64,000 nucleotides of DNA from the human T2T-CHM13v2.0 reference genome, Homo sapiens. The DNA lies in NCBI RefSeq assembly GCF_009914755.1, contig NC_060926.1; one strand, 5' to 3'. The position numbers were made by a program, and so were the translations under genes. Each line of letters begins with the position of its first letter. Within the stretch, counting starts at the first letter, position 1. The notes beneath the pieces are model-generated. The model worked only from the letters and a program-made list of their open reading frames with translations. It was not told the DNA's origin and ran no database searches. Positions 13,803 through 26,794 of the stretch are shown piece after piece.

Positions 13803-16372
13803 CTCCATCCCTTTATTTTGAGCCTATGTGTGTCTTTGCACATGAGATGGGTCTCCTAAATCGAGCACACTGATGGGTCTTGACTCTTTAACCAATTTGC
13901 CAGTCTGTGTCTTTTGAGGGCATTTAGCCCATTTACATTTAGGGTTAGTATTGTTACGTGTGAATTTGATGCTGTCATCATGTCGCTAGATGGTTATTTT
14001 GCACACTAGTTGATGCAGTTTCTTCATAGTGTCATCGGTCTTTGTATTTTGCTGTATTTTTGCAGTGGCTGGTACCAGTTTTTCCTTTCCATATTTAGTG
14101 CTTTCTTCAGGAACTCTTGCAAGTCAGGCCTGGTGGTGATGAAAACCCTTAGCATTTGCTTGTCTGGAAAGGATTTTATTTATCCTTCACTTATGAAGCT
14201 TAGTTTGACTGGATTGAAATTCTTGGTAGAAAATTCTTTTCTTTAAGAATGTGAATATTGGCCCCCACTCTCTTCTGGCTCATAGGGTTTCTGCTGAGGG
14301 ATCAGAAGTTGGTCTGATGGGCTTCCCTTTGTAGGTGGCCTGACCTTTCTCTCTGGCTGCTCTTAACACTTTTTCCTTCATTTTGACCTTGGAGAATCTG
14401 ATGATTATGTGTCTTTGGGTTGATCTTCTCATGGAGTATCTTACTGGTGTTCTCTGTATTTCCTGAATTTCAATGCTGGTCTATCTTGCTAGGTTGGGGA
14501 ATTTCTCCTGGATAATATCCTGAAGTGTGTTTTCCAACTTGGTTCCATTCTTCCCATCACTTAACCAATCGTGGATTTGGTCTTTTCACATAGTCCCATA
14601 TTTCTTGGAGGCTTTGTTCATTCCTTATCATTCTAATTTTTCTCTAATCTTGTCTGTATGCCTTATTTCAGCAAGGTGGTCTTCAATCTCTGATATCTTT
14701 TCTTCCATTTGATTGATTCGGCTATTCACGGTGTTCTTGTGCTCTGTTTTTCAGTTCCATCAGGTCATTTATGTTCCTCTCTAAACTAATTTTTCTAGTT
14801 ATCAGTTCCTGTAACCTTTTATCAAGGTTCTTAGCTTCCTTGCTTTGGGTTAGAACATGATCCTTTAGCTCAGAGGAGTTTTTTATTACCTATCTTCTGA
14901 ATCCTACTTCTGTCAATTCTTCAATCTCATTCTCTGTCCAATTTTGCACCCTTGCTGGAGAGGTGTTGCAATCATTTGAAAGAGGAGAGGCATTCTGGCT
15001 TTTGGAATTTTCATTGTTTTTGCACTGGTTTTTCCTCATCTTCATGGATTTCTCTACCTTTGACCTTTGAGGGTGGTGACCTTTGGATGGGGATTTGTGG
15101 TGGGGGTGTGGGGGTTGTTGATGTTTTGTTGTTGTTGCTTTCTGTTTGTTAGTTTGTCTTCTAACAGTCAAGCCCCCTTTTCTGCAGGTCTGCTGCAGTT
15201 TGCTGGAGGTCCACTCCAGACCCTCTTTGCCTGGGTATCAACAGTGGAGGCTACAGTACAGCAGAGATTGCTGCCTGCTTCTTCCTCTGAAAGCTTCATT
15301 CCAGAGGGGCACCAGCCTGATGCCAGCTGGAGCTCTCCTGTATGAGATGTCTGTCGAACCCTGTTGGGAGGTCTCTATCAGTCAAGAGGCATGGGGGTCA
15401 GGGACCCACTTGAGGAGGGAGTCTGTCCCTTATTAGAGCTGGTGCACTGTGCTGGGAGAATCCCCTGTCAGGATCAGCCCCTGTCTTCAGAGCCAGCAGG
15501 CAGGAAAAATTAAGTCTGCTGAAGCTGCGCCCACAGCTGCCCCTCCCCACAGGCCCTCTGTCCTAGGGAGATGAGAGTTTTATCTGTAAGCCCCTGACTA
15601 GAGCAGCTGCCTTTTCTGCAGAGATTCCCTGGCCAGTGAGGAGAAATCTAAAGAAGCAGTCTGTCCACAGATGCTTTGCCATGTTGTGGTGAATTTTGCC
15701 CAGTCCAAACCTCCCAGTTTCCTTAGCAATGTCTTGGGGAAATCGCCCACTAAAGCCACAGTAATGGTGGTCACCCCTCCCCCAATCAAGCTTGATACTC
15801 TTAGGTCAACCCCAGACTGCTGTGCTGGCAGTAAGAATTTCAAGTCAGTGGTTCTTAGCTTGCTGGGCTCCATGGGAGTGGGACCTACTGAGCGAGACCG
15901 CTTTGCTCTCTGACTTTAGCCCCCTTTTCAGGGGAGTGGTTGGTTGTCCTGTCTCACTGGAGTTCCAGGCGCCACTGGAGTGTGAAAAAACTCCTGCAGC
16001 TCGGTGCCTGCCCCAACAACCGCCCAGTCTTTTGCTTGAAACCCAGGGCCCTGGTGGTGTTGGCTCATGAGGGAATCTCTTGATCCCTGGATTGCAAAAA
16101 TCCGTGGGAAAAGGGTAGTACCCGGGTGGGTAGCATAGTCCCTCACTGCTTCCCTTGGGTGGGAGAGGGAGGTCCCCCAGCTCCGTGCACTTCCCAGTGA
16201 AGCAATGCCCCACCCTGTTTCTGCTTGCTCTTCATGGGTTGCACCCACTGCCTAACCAGTCCCAGTGAGATGAGCTGGGTGCCTCAGTTGGAAATCACCC
16301 ACCTTCTGCATTGGTCTCACTGGGAGCTGCAGACCAGAACTCTTTCTGTTTGGCCGTCTTGGTCCCTCCCCC
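13803..16372 (-). mobile_element. L1PA7/8-type element: ~1.3-kb 5'UTR, decayed ORF1, first ~170 nt of ORF2; 3' part missing
   Basis: 5' end GGGGAGGGACCAAGACGGCC on - strand at 16372; ORF1 start ATGAGGAAAAACCAG at 15039 (MRKNQ..NSKSQNAS); ORF2 start at 13978; ends abruptly at ~13803. Confidence 0.9.
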
Positions 16373-17036
16373 TTTTAGTTAATTTTAAATGTATAGTTAA
16401 ATTATTGACGATAGTCACCCTGTTGTGTTACCAAATGGTAGGTCTTATTCTTTTTTTTTAATGATTATCAACCATCTTCTTCTCCCCTTCCACGCCCCCC
16501 AAACTTCCCCTTCACTATCCTTACCAGCCTCTGATAACCATTTTTCTACTCTCTGTGTCCATGAGTTCAATTGTTTTGATTTTTAGATCCCACAAATAAG
16601 TAAGAACATACAATGTTTGCCTTTTTATGCCTGGCTTATTTCACTTAACATAATGATCTTTAGTTCCATCCATATTATTGCAAATGACACGATCTCATTA
16701 TTTTTTATGGCTGAAGAGTACACCATGTGTATAAGTACCACATTTTCTTCATCCATTCATCTGTTGATGGATGCTTAGTTTGCTTCCAAATCCTGGCTAT
16801 TGCCAACAGTGCTGCAACAACCATAGGAGTGCAGATATCTCTTTGATACACTGACTTCACTCTTTTGGGTATACACCCAGCAGTGGGATTGCTAGAACAT
16901 ATGGTAGCTTAATTTTTAGTTTTTTTGGGAACCTCCAAACTGTTCTCCATAGTGGTTGTACTAATTTACATTCACACCAACTGTGTAGCAGAGTTCCCTT
17001 TTCTCTGCATTTTCATCAGCATTCACTATGGCCTGT

Positions 17037-17353
17037 TGTATTAGTCTGTTTTCACACTGCTGATAAAGACATATTCAATTTACATAGGCAGTGTACAAAA
17101 TAAAGAGGTTTAATGGTTAATTAAACTTACCCGTGGCTGGGGAGGCCTCACAATCATGGTGGAAGGTGAAACGGATGTCTCACATGGCAGCAAAGAGAAG
17201 AGAGCTTGTGCAGGGAAACTCCCATTTTTAAAACCATTAGATCTCGTGAGACTTATTTACTATCACAAGAACAGCACGGGAAAGACCTGCCCCCATGATT
17301 CAATTACCTTCCAACAGATAAGATTTGGGTGGGGACACAGCCAAACCATACCA
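17037..17353 (-). mobile_element. THE1 (MaLR) solo LTR
   Basis: TGTATTAGTCTG...CAGCCAAACCATACCA; 5-bp TSD CCTGT/GCTGT. Confidence 0.9.
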
Positions 17354-20300
17354 GCTGTCTTTTGGATATAAACTGTTTTAACTGGTTTGAGATGATATCC
17401 CATTGTAATTTTCATTTGCATGTCTTTCATGATCAATGATGTTGAGCACCTTTTCAAGTGCCTGTTTTCCATTTGTATATCCTCTTTTGAGAAATGTCTT
17501 TTCAAATCTTTACCCATTTTTAAAAATCAGATTATTAGATTTTTTGTCCTATAGAGTTGTTTGAGCTCCTTATATATTCTGGTTATTAATCTTTTGTCAG
17601 ATGGTTAGTATGCAAATATTTTCTCCCATTCTGTGTATTGTTTCTTCATTTTGTTAATTGTTTCTTTTGCTGTGTAGAAGCTTTGTAACCTGATGTAATC
17701 CCATCTGTCCATTTTTACTTTGGCTGCTTGTGGGGTATTGCTCAAGAAATTTTTGCCCAAATCAAAGCCCTAGAGATTTTCTCCAATGTTTTTCTATAGT
17801 AGTTTCATAGCTGAAGAACTTAAAGTCTTTAATCCATTTTGATTTGATTTTTTAATATGGCAAGAGATAGGGGTCTAGTTTCATTCTTCTGCATATGGAT
17901 ACCCAATTTTCCCAGCACCATTTATTGAAGAGACTATCTTTTCTCCAGGGTATATTCTTGGCACGTTTGTTGAAACATGAGTTCATTGTAGGTGTGTGAA
18001 TTTGTTTTGAGGTTCCCTAATCTGTTGCATTAGTCTATGTCTCTTTTAAAACCAGTGTCATGTTGTTTTGGCTACTATAGCTCTGTAGTATAATTTGAAG
18101 ACAGGTAATGTGACTCCTTCAGCTTAGTTTTCCTTAGGATAGCTGTAGTTACTCTGGGTCTTTTGTGGTTCTATATAAATTTTAGGGTTTTTTTTCTATT
18201 TATGTGTAGAAGGTAATTGGTATTTTGATAGGGATTGAATTGAATCTGAAGATTGCTTTGGGTAGTAAAACATCTTAACAATATTGATTCTTCCAATTCA
18301 TGAACATGGACAATCTTTCCATTTTTTTGTGTCCCCTTCAATCTCTCATTAGTGTTTTATAGTTTTCATTATAGAGATCTTTATCTTCTTCAGTTAAGTT
18401 AGTTGTTAGGTATTTAATTTTGTTGGTGGTTATTGTAAATGATACTACTTTTTAAAAATTTTGTTAAAAAGTGTTCACTTTTGGCAAATAGAAATGCCAC
18501 TAATTTTTTTGTATGTTGATTTTGTATGCTACAACTTCACTGAATTTGTTTATCAGTTATAATAGTTTATTTGTGAAATCTTTAGGTTTTTCCTAGTATA
18601 AAATTATATAACCTGCAGACAAGGATAATTTGACTTCTTTCTTTCCAATTTGGATGTACGTTATTTCTTTCTCTTTTCTGATTGCTCTAGTTAGGGCTTT
18701 GAGTATTGTGTTGAATAACAGTGGTGAAAGTGGGGATCCTTGTCATGTTCCAGATCTTTGAGAAAAGACTTTCAGTTCTTCCCTATTCAGTATGATACTA
18801 GCTTTGGATATATCTTATACAGCTTTTATTATGTTAAGGTACATTCCATCTATTCACAGTTTTTTGAGAATTATTATTATGAAGGGATGTTGAATTTTAT
18901 CACATACTTTTTCAACATCAATTGAAATGATCATATAGTTTGTATCTTTCATTCTGTTGATGTGAGGTATCACAGTGAATGATTTGCACTTGTTGAATCA
19001 TTCTTGTATCCTGGATATACATTCCATTTGGTCATGATGCATGATTTTTTTAGTGTATCACTGAATTCATTTTGCAAGTATTTTGTTAAGAATTTTTGCA
19101 TCAATATTTATCAGAGATACTGGCCTGTAGTTGTCTTTATTTTTGATACGTTTTTGGTTTTGGTATCAGGGTAATGCTGGCCTTGTAGAATGAGTTTGGA
19201 AATAATCCCTCTGCTTCTGTTTTTTCAGAACAGTTTGAGTATGATTGGTATTAGTTTTTCTTTAAATGTTTGGTAGAATTCAGCAGTGAAGCCATCAGGT
19301 CCCAGGCTTTTCTTTACTGGGAGAATTTTTATTATTGGCTTAAATCTCATTATTTATTATTAGTCTGTTCAGGTTTTGGATTTCTTCCTAGTTCAATCTT
19401 GGTAGGTCGTATGTTTCCAAGAAGTTTTCCATTTCTTCTAGATTTTCCAATTTATTGGCATATGGTTGCTCATAGCAGCCACTAACAATCCTTTGAATTT
19501 CTGCAGTATCAGTTGTAGTGTCTACTTTTTCATCTCTGATTTTATTTATTTGGATCTTCTCTCTTTTTTTCTTAGTCAGTCTGGCTAAAGGTTTTCCAAT
19601 TTTGTTTAACTTTCGAAAAACCAACTTTTTGTTTCATTGATCTTTTGGATTGTTTTCTTCATTTCAATTTTATTTATTTCTTCTCCAATCTTTATTATTT
19701 CTTTTCTTCTACTAAGTTTGGATTTAGTTTGCTCTTGCTCTTCTCTTTCTTTAAGATGCATTGTTAGGTTGTTTATTTGAAGTTGTTCTTCTTTTTTGAT
19801 GTAGGCACTTATAGCTGTAAACTTCCTTCTTTGTACTGCTTTTGCTGTATCTCATATATTTTGGTATGTGTGTTTCCATTATCATTTGTTTCAAGAAATT
19901 TTTCAATGTTCTTAATTTATTCATTGACCCACTGGTCATTCAGGAGCATATTGCTTAATCTTCATATGTTTCTGTAGTTTCCAAAATCACTTTTGTTGCT
20001 GGTTTCTAGTTTTAGTCCATTGTGGTCAGATAAAATGCTTGATAATATTTTAATTTTTTAAATGTCTTAAGACCTGTTTTTTGACCTAATATATGGTCTA
20101 TCCTTCAGAATGACTCATGCTGAGGAGAATAATGTGTATTCTGCAACCATTGGATGAAATGTTTTGTAAATATCTATTTTGTCCATTTTGTCTATAGTGC
20201 AGATTAAGTCCAATTATTTTTGTTAATTTTATGCCTGGAAGATCTGCTCGGTGGGGTGTTGAAGTCTCCAGCTATTATTGTATTGGAGTCTATCTCTCTC

Positions 20301-20630
20301 TTTAGCTCTAAGAATATTTTCTTTATATATCTGTGTGCCCCAGTGTTGGGTACATATATATTTAAAATTGTTATGTCCTCTTGCTGACTTGACCTCTTTA
20401 TCACTATATAGTGACCTTTATTGTCTCTTCTTATGGTTTTTGTCTTGAAATCTATTGTATCTCATAGAAGTATAGCTACTGCTGCCCTTTTTTCATTTTA
20501 ATTGGCATGAAATATCTTTTCCATCTGTTTATTTTCAGTCTATATGTGTCTTTATGGGTGAGGTGTGTTTCTTGTAGGCAATAAATCAATGTTTCTTTTT
20601 TTAAAATCAATTCAGAATTCTATGTCTTTT

Positions 20631-22338
20631 TTAAAAATAAGTAATCCTGTATTTTTTAAAACTTTTTATTTCCATAGGTTTTTGGGGAGCAGCTCATATT
20701 TGGTTACAAGAATAAGTTCTTTAGTGATTTGTGAGACTTCGGTGCACCCATCATGCAGTATACACTGAATGTTTGGTTTTCCATTCCTGAGTTACTTTAC
20801 TTAGAATAATAGTCTCTAATTACAACAAGGTTGCTGTGAATGCCATTAATTCATTATTTTTAATGGCTAAGTTGTATTCCCTAATATATACCACAGTTTT
20901 ATTTTATCCATTCATTGATTGATGGGCATTTGGGCTGGCTTAACATACACAAGTCAATAAATGTGGTACACCACATAAACAGAATTAAAAACAATCTGCA
21001 TCTGCAGAAAAGCATTTGACAATATTAAGCATCCCTTTACTATTGAAACCCTCAGCAAAACTGGCATACAAGGGACATACCTCAATGTAATAAAAACCGT
21101 CTATGACATCTGTGTCATCTATGACAAACCCACGCATAATACTGAATGGGGAAAAGTTGAAATAATTCCCTCTGAGAACTGAAACAAGACAAAGGTGCCC
21201 ACTCTCACCACTTTTATTCAACATAGTACTGGAAGTCCTAACCAGAGCAATCAGACAAGAGAAAGAAATAAAGGGCATTCAAATCAGTAAATAAAAGTCA
21301 AACTTTTGCTGTTTGCTGATGATATGATTGTACACCTAGAAAACCCTAAAGACTCCCCCCCAAAACTCCTAGAACTGATAAAAGAATTCAGCAAAGTTTC
21401 AGGAAACAAAACTGATGTACACAAATCAGTAGCTCTGCTATACACCAGCAGTGACCAAGCTGAGAATCAAATCAAGAACTCAACCAATTTTTCAATAGCT
21501 GCAACAAAATTAAAATACTTAGGAATAAACCTAACCAACGAGATGAAAGACCTCTACAAGGAAAACTACAAAACACTGCTGAAAGAAATCATAGATGACG
21601 CAAACAAATGGAAACACATCCCATGTTCATGGATGGGTAGAATCAATATTGTGAAAATGACCATACTGCCAAAAGCTATCTACAAATTCAATGTAATTCC
21701 CATTAAAATATCACCATCATTCTTCTCAGAACTATTAAAAGTAATTCTAAAATTCATATGGAACCAAAAAAGAGCCCAAACAGCCAAAGCAAGACTAAGC
21801 AAAAAGAACAAATCTGGGGGCATCACATTACCAGATTTCAAACTATACTATAAGGCCATAGTCACCAAAACAGCATAGACCTGGTATAAAAATAGGCACA
21901 CAGACCAACGGAATCCAGAAATAAATCCAAATGCCTACAGCTAACTGATTTTCGATGAAGAAACAAAAACATAAAGTAGGGAAAGGACACTCTGTTCACT
22001 AATCACAGAAATAAAATCACTAATCGTCAGGGAAATGCAAATTAAAACCACAATGTGATACCACCTTACTTCTGCAAGAATGGCCCTAATCAAAAAATAA
22101 AATAAAATAAAATAGATGTTGGCATAGATATGTTGAAAAGGGAACACTGCTATACTGCTGGTGGGAATGTAAAATAATACAACTACTATGGAAAATAGTG
22201 TGGAGATTCCTTAAAGAAGTAAAGATAGAACTACCATTTGATCCAGTAATCCCACTACTGAGTCCCACCCAGAGGAAAAGAAGTCATTATATGAAAAAAC
22301 ATACTTGCACATGCATGTTTATAGCACAATTTGCAATT
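20631..22338 (-). mobile_element. 5'-inverted, 5'-truncated L1PB element
   Basis: L1PB 3'UTR antisense at ~20655-20938, joined to ORF2 in sense orientation 20939-22338 (ORF 21306-21878 LFADDMIV...); degenerate TSD TCTATGTCTTTT/TCTATTTATTTT; host L1MA resumes at 22339. Confidence 0.85.
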
Positions 22339-25300
22339 CCACTCTATTTATTTTGATTGAAAGAGTTTAGTCTGTTGACATTCAATGTTATTATTGATAA
22401 GTTAGGACTTACTCCTGTCATTTTGTTATCTCTTTTCTGGTTGTTTTGTTGTCTTCTCTTCCTTCTTTCTTTCTTTCTGCCTTCCTTTTAGTCAATGTGA
22501 TTTTCTCACATGATATGATTTAGTTTCTTGATTTTTTTATATTAATTGTATTTTTTTGGTTTGAGGTTAGCATGAGTATTGCAAATGTTATCTTATAACC
22601 TATTATTTTAACCTGAAAACAACTTAAAGCTGTTTGTATAAACAAACAAGCAAAAGGAAAACTAATAAAAACTCTACACCTTAACTTTTCCCCCACTTTT
22701 TAACTTTTTGTTGTTTTTATTTATATCTTATTGTACTGCCTATTTCTTGAAAAGTTGTTGTAGTTACTATTTTTGTTTGGTTCATTGTTTAATTTTTACA
22801 CTTAGGATAACAGTAGTCTACACATCACTGTTACAATGTTATATAATTCTGTTTGTCTTTGTACCTACTATTACCAGTGAGTTTTGTAGTTTCAAGTGAT
22901 TACTTATTGCTCATTAACATCCTATCCTTTCTGATTTAAGTACTCCCTTTGACATTTCTTTCAGGACATGTCTGATGTTGATAAAATTCCTCAACTTTTA
23001 TTTGTCTGGGAAAATCTTTATTTCTACTTCGTGTTTGAAGAATATGTCCATTGAATATACTATGCTAGGGTAACGGTTTTATTTTTTCCCTTCAGAACTT
23101 TAAATATGTCATGCTACTCTCTCCTGGCCTGGAAAGCTTCCACTCAAAAACCTGCTGCCAGATGTACTGGAGCTCCATTATAACTTATTTGCTTCTTTTC
23201 TCTTGATGTGCTCAGGATTCTTTCTTTATCCTTGATCTTTGGGAGTTTGATTATTAAATGCCTTGAGGTAGTCTTTGGGTTAAATCTCCATGTGTTCTAT
23301 AACCTTCTTGTACTTGATTATTTATATCTTTCTCTAGGTTTGAAAAGTTCTGTTATTATCCCTTTGAATAAACTTTCTACCTCTGTCTTTTTCTCTACCT
23401 CCTCTTTAAAGCCGATAACTTTTAGATTTGCCCTTTTGAGGCTATTTTCTACATTCTGGAGGCATGCTTCATTCTTTTTTAGTCTTTTCTCATTGTGGAT
23501 TTTCAAACCACCTGTCTTCAAGCTCAGTAATTCTTTCTTCGGCTTGATCAATTTTGCCATTAAAAGACTTTGATACTTTCTTCAGTATGCCAGTTTCTTT
23601 TTCAGCTCCAGAATTATTGCTTGATTCTTTTCAATTATTTCAAAGTCTTTGTTAAATTTATTTAGAAGAATTCTGAATTTCTTCTCTGCATTATCTTGAA
23701 TTTCTTTGAGTTTCCTAAAAATAGCTATTTTGAGTTCTCTCTATGAAAGCTCACATACCTCTTTTTCTCCAGGATTGGGTCTTGGTGGCTTACTTAGTTC
23801 ATTCAGTGAAGTCATGTTTTTCTGGATTGTCTTGATACTTGTAGATGTTCATCTGTGTTTGGACATTGAAGAGTTAGGTATTTATTGTTGTCATCACAGT
23901 CTGGGCATTTTTGTACTAATTCTTCTTGGGAAGGCTTTCCAGATATTCGAAAGGACTTGGGTGTTGTTATCCAAGCTGTATCTGCTTTAGGGGGCACCCC
24001 AAGCCCAGTTACATCGTGGTTCTTTTAGACTCATAGAGGTACTGCCTTGATGGTCTTAGATAAGATCTGGGAGAATTCTCTGTATTACCAGAGACTCTTG
24101 TTCTCTTCCCTTACTTTCTCCAAAACAAAAAGAGTCTCTCTATGCATTTTGGACCACCTGAAGCTGGGGGTGGAGTGACACCAGCACCCCTGTGGCTACC
24201 ACCACTGTGACTGTACTAGGTCAGTCTTGAAGCTAGCACAACACTGGGTCTCACCCAAGGCCTGCTGTAACCACTCCCTGGCTACTTCCTCTGTTTACTC
24301 AAGGCCCTGGAGCTCTACAATCAGCAGGTGTTTAAGCCAACCAGGCCTATGCTTTCCCTCCCGGGTGGCTATATCCCCCAGGTCCCAGGCAGGTCCAGAG
24401 GTGCTGGGAGCCAGGGACTTAGCTAAAAAATCTTAGAAGTCTACCTGGTGCTCTATTGTACTGTAGCTGAGCAGGCACTCAATCCACAAAACACAGTCTT
24501 TCCCACTCTTCCCTCTCCTTTCTAAAGGCAGAGGAGCCTCACCCCATGGCCTCCACTACCACAGGCCCACAAGGAGTACTACCAGACTACCATTTATTTT
24601 GCCTTGAGACCCAAGGGCTCTTCAGTCAGCTTGTGATTAATGCTGCTTGGCCTGGGACTAGGCCTTCAGGGCAATGGGCTTCCCTCTGGCCCAGGGCAGG
24701 TCCAGAAATGCTGTCCAAAACCAAGTCCTGGAATCAGGGTACCCAAGTCCCTACTTGGTACGCTACCCTGGTATGGTTGGGCTGGTACCTAAGATGCAAG
24801 TCAAAGTGCCCTTTACTTTTCCCTCTGCTTTTCTCAAGCAAAAGAAGTCTCACCCTGAAGCCACAACAGTTGAAAATGTGCTAAGTCTCACTTGAAGCTA
24901 GCACAACTCAAGGTTTTACCAAAGGCCCTCAACGTAGTACTTGGGTATCACTGCTGGTTATTCGGGCCCAACGACTCTTCAGTTAGTAGGTGATGAATGC
25001 TGCCAGAATTGGGTTCTTCCCTTCAAGGCAGTGGTTTCCCTTCTGGTCCAAGGGGTGTGTAGAAATGTCATCTGGGAGCTAGGGCTTCGAAAGGGGGCCT
25101 CACGACTCTGACCAGTGCTCTATTCTGCTGTTGGCTGAGCTGGTATCCAAGATGCAAGGCAAAGTCCTCCCCACTCTTCCCTCTCCTCTCCTCAGGCAGA
25201 AGGAAATGGTATCTTTTGGAGCTGTGAGCTGTGCAGCCTGTGGTTAGGAGAGGGGTGACGCCAGCATTCCTTTTGCCACCTCTGCTGGTGTCTCAGTAGG

Positions 25301-26794
25301 TTGTGTGCCATCCCTACAGTCTACTAGCTGTGGGCCCAGTTCAGTACTAGGACTTGCCTAAAAATTTCAGTCTTTATGGACCTAGTCCATCCGTCAATTT
25401 TATTTAGAGCGCCAAAGCACTTTAGCCTGAGGTGGCAAGGCTTGTGGGAACTAAGTTCCGACAGCTGGGATCAGTGATTCCCCTCTGATTTGAGTTAATT
25501 TAAATACTCCCTCCATGGGCAGGTGTCAGCTGAGTTTGGTCTGGTTTTCCTTTCTGCTCTAACAGGACAGCACTGAGTTCAATGCCTCACAATTGCTGCA
25601 TGCCCCTCCATATTCCAGCACACAGAAATGCTCTCTGTGCCACACTGCCACTGCTGGGGTTTAGGGGTAAGGTGGTATCAGCAATTCAAGACTGATTTTT
25701 CTACATCTTCAGTGCCTCTTTCAGTGATATGAAGTTAAAAGCAAGTACTCTTAGTGGTCACCTGATTTTTGGTTCTTCTGGAGGTGCATTTTTTTGTGTG
25801 TAAATAGTTGTTAAATTACTGTCCTTGTTGAGGGGGTTGATTGGTGGAGACTTCTATTCTGCCGTCTTGTTCTGCTTACCTCCAAATTCTAAATAATGTT
25901 TAAATAACAGACCAACATATGCAATCTTTGAATTATTTTCAAAATTGAGATTACTGATTTATACCTACAGTTAAATTTACAGTTTGGTTTTATAAACATG
26001 GGCTACTTTCTTATCTTCCATGCCACATAGCACTTTTAATCAGTGTTTGACAAGGAAGACATGTACCTATGCATCTGCCACAGAAAATTTGTGGTTCACA
26101 TGTCTTTAAGAATGTTTCATGAAACCTTTTCTAACACTGTATTATCTTCATCAATTGTTTTACTTATGATAATTCCACATAGATATTAATCTCCTTATTC
26201 AACCCCCAAAGTATACATGCAAAACTTATAAATTGTAATTTTTTCTAAATTTAGAAACATAGTAGAAGCCACTTCTAAGAAATGATAAAGAAGTTGTACT
26301 GAGAGCACTAATTAGGAACACTGGGAGGTCATTTTGAGTCTTTTACATCAGACAAGTAGAATACATTAAAATTAATGTGATAGAAAATACTCACTGGTAT
26401 GTCACCCATTAACTCATTCGGAACACATTAAACTAAACCCCCCTGGCTCTTTCAGCCCTTGCTTCAGGAAGGGTAGGCACTTAGGAGGAAGAATGCCTCA
26501 CTTCCTGGGCCTTCCAAAGACCTGAAGTCACAGCCTGGTCATCAGACACCATCTGCTCCTTCTAACTGCCTCTGACTTCTGGCTTTCAATCTGAGGTGAG
26601 CGCATGCTAGAGGCAGCAGGTTCATTATGGGACAGCATGGCTTCTTCTGTTTTATGGGAAGTAATCATCATTAAGTTGGTTATGAAATGTTCATCAAGTA
26701 TGTCTTTTGGTTTTGTAGCAAAAACAACTCAATCAAGAAAGCTTTCTAGTAATTTAAGAGGGCTAAGTCTATAGTAAAACTTCCTTTTACTTGT

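Larger units (their letters stand above)
16373..25883 (-). mobile_element. Near full-length decayed L1MA1/L1MA2-type LINE (hosts nested THE1 and L1PB)
   Basis: L1MA-type 3'UTR (TTTAGATCCCACAAATAAG) from 16373; ORF2 fragments 17263-17517, 19388-19624, 20204-20404; ORF1 fragment 23318-23560 (KRANLKVIG..EEVE); 5' end ...CAAGACGGCAGAATAGAAG on - strand near 25883. Confidence 0.9.

Noticed and set aside
15067-16461. Dense overlapping ORFs on both strands, possible L1 ORF0
   Set aside because: The GC-rich L1 5'UTR has few stop codons; no recognisable intact ORF0, and the antisense splice donors appear degraded
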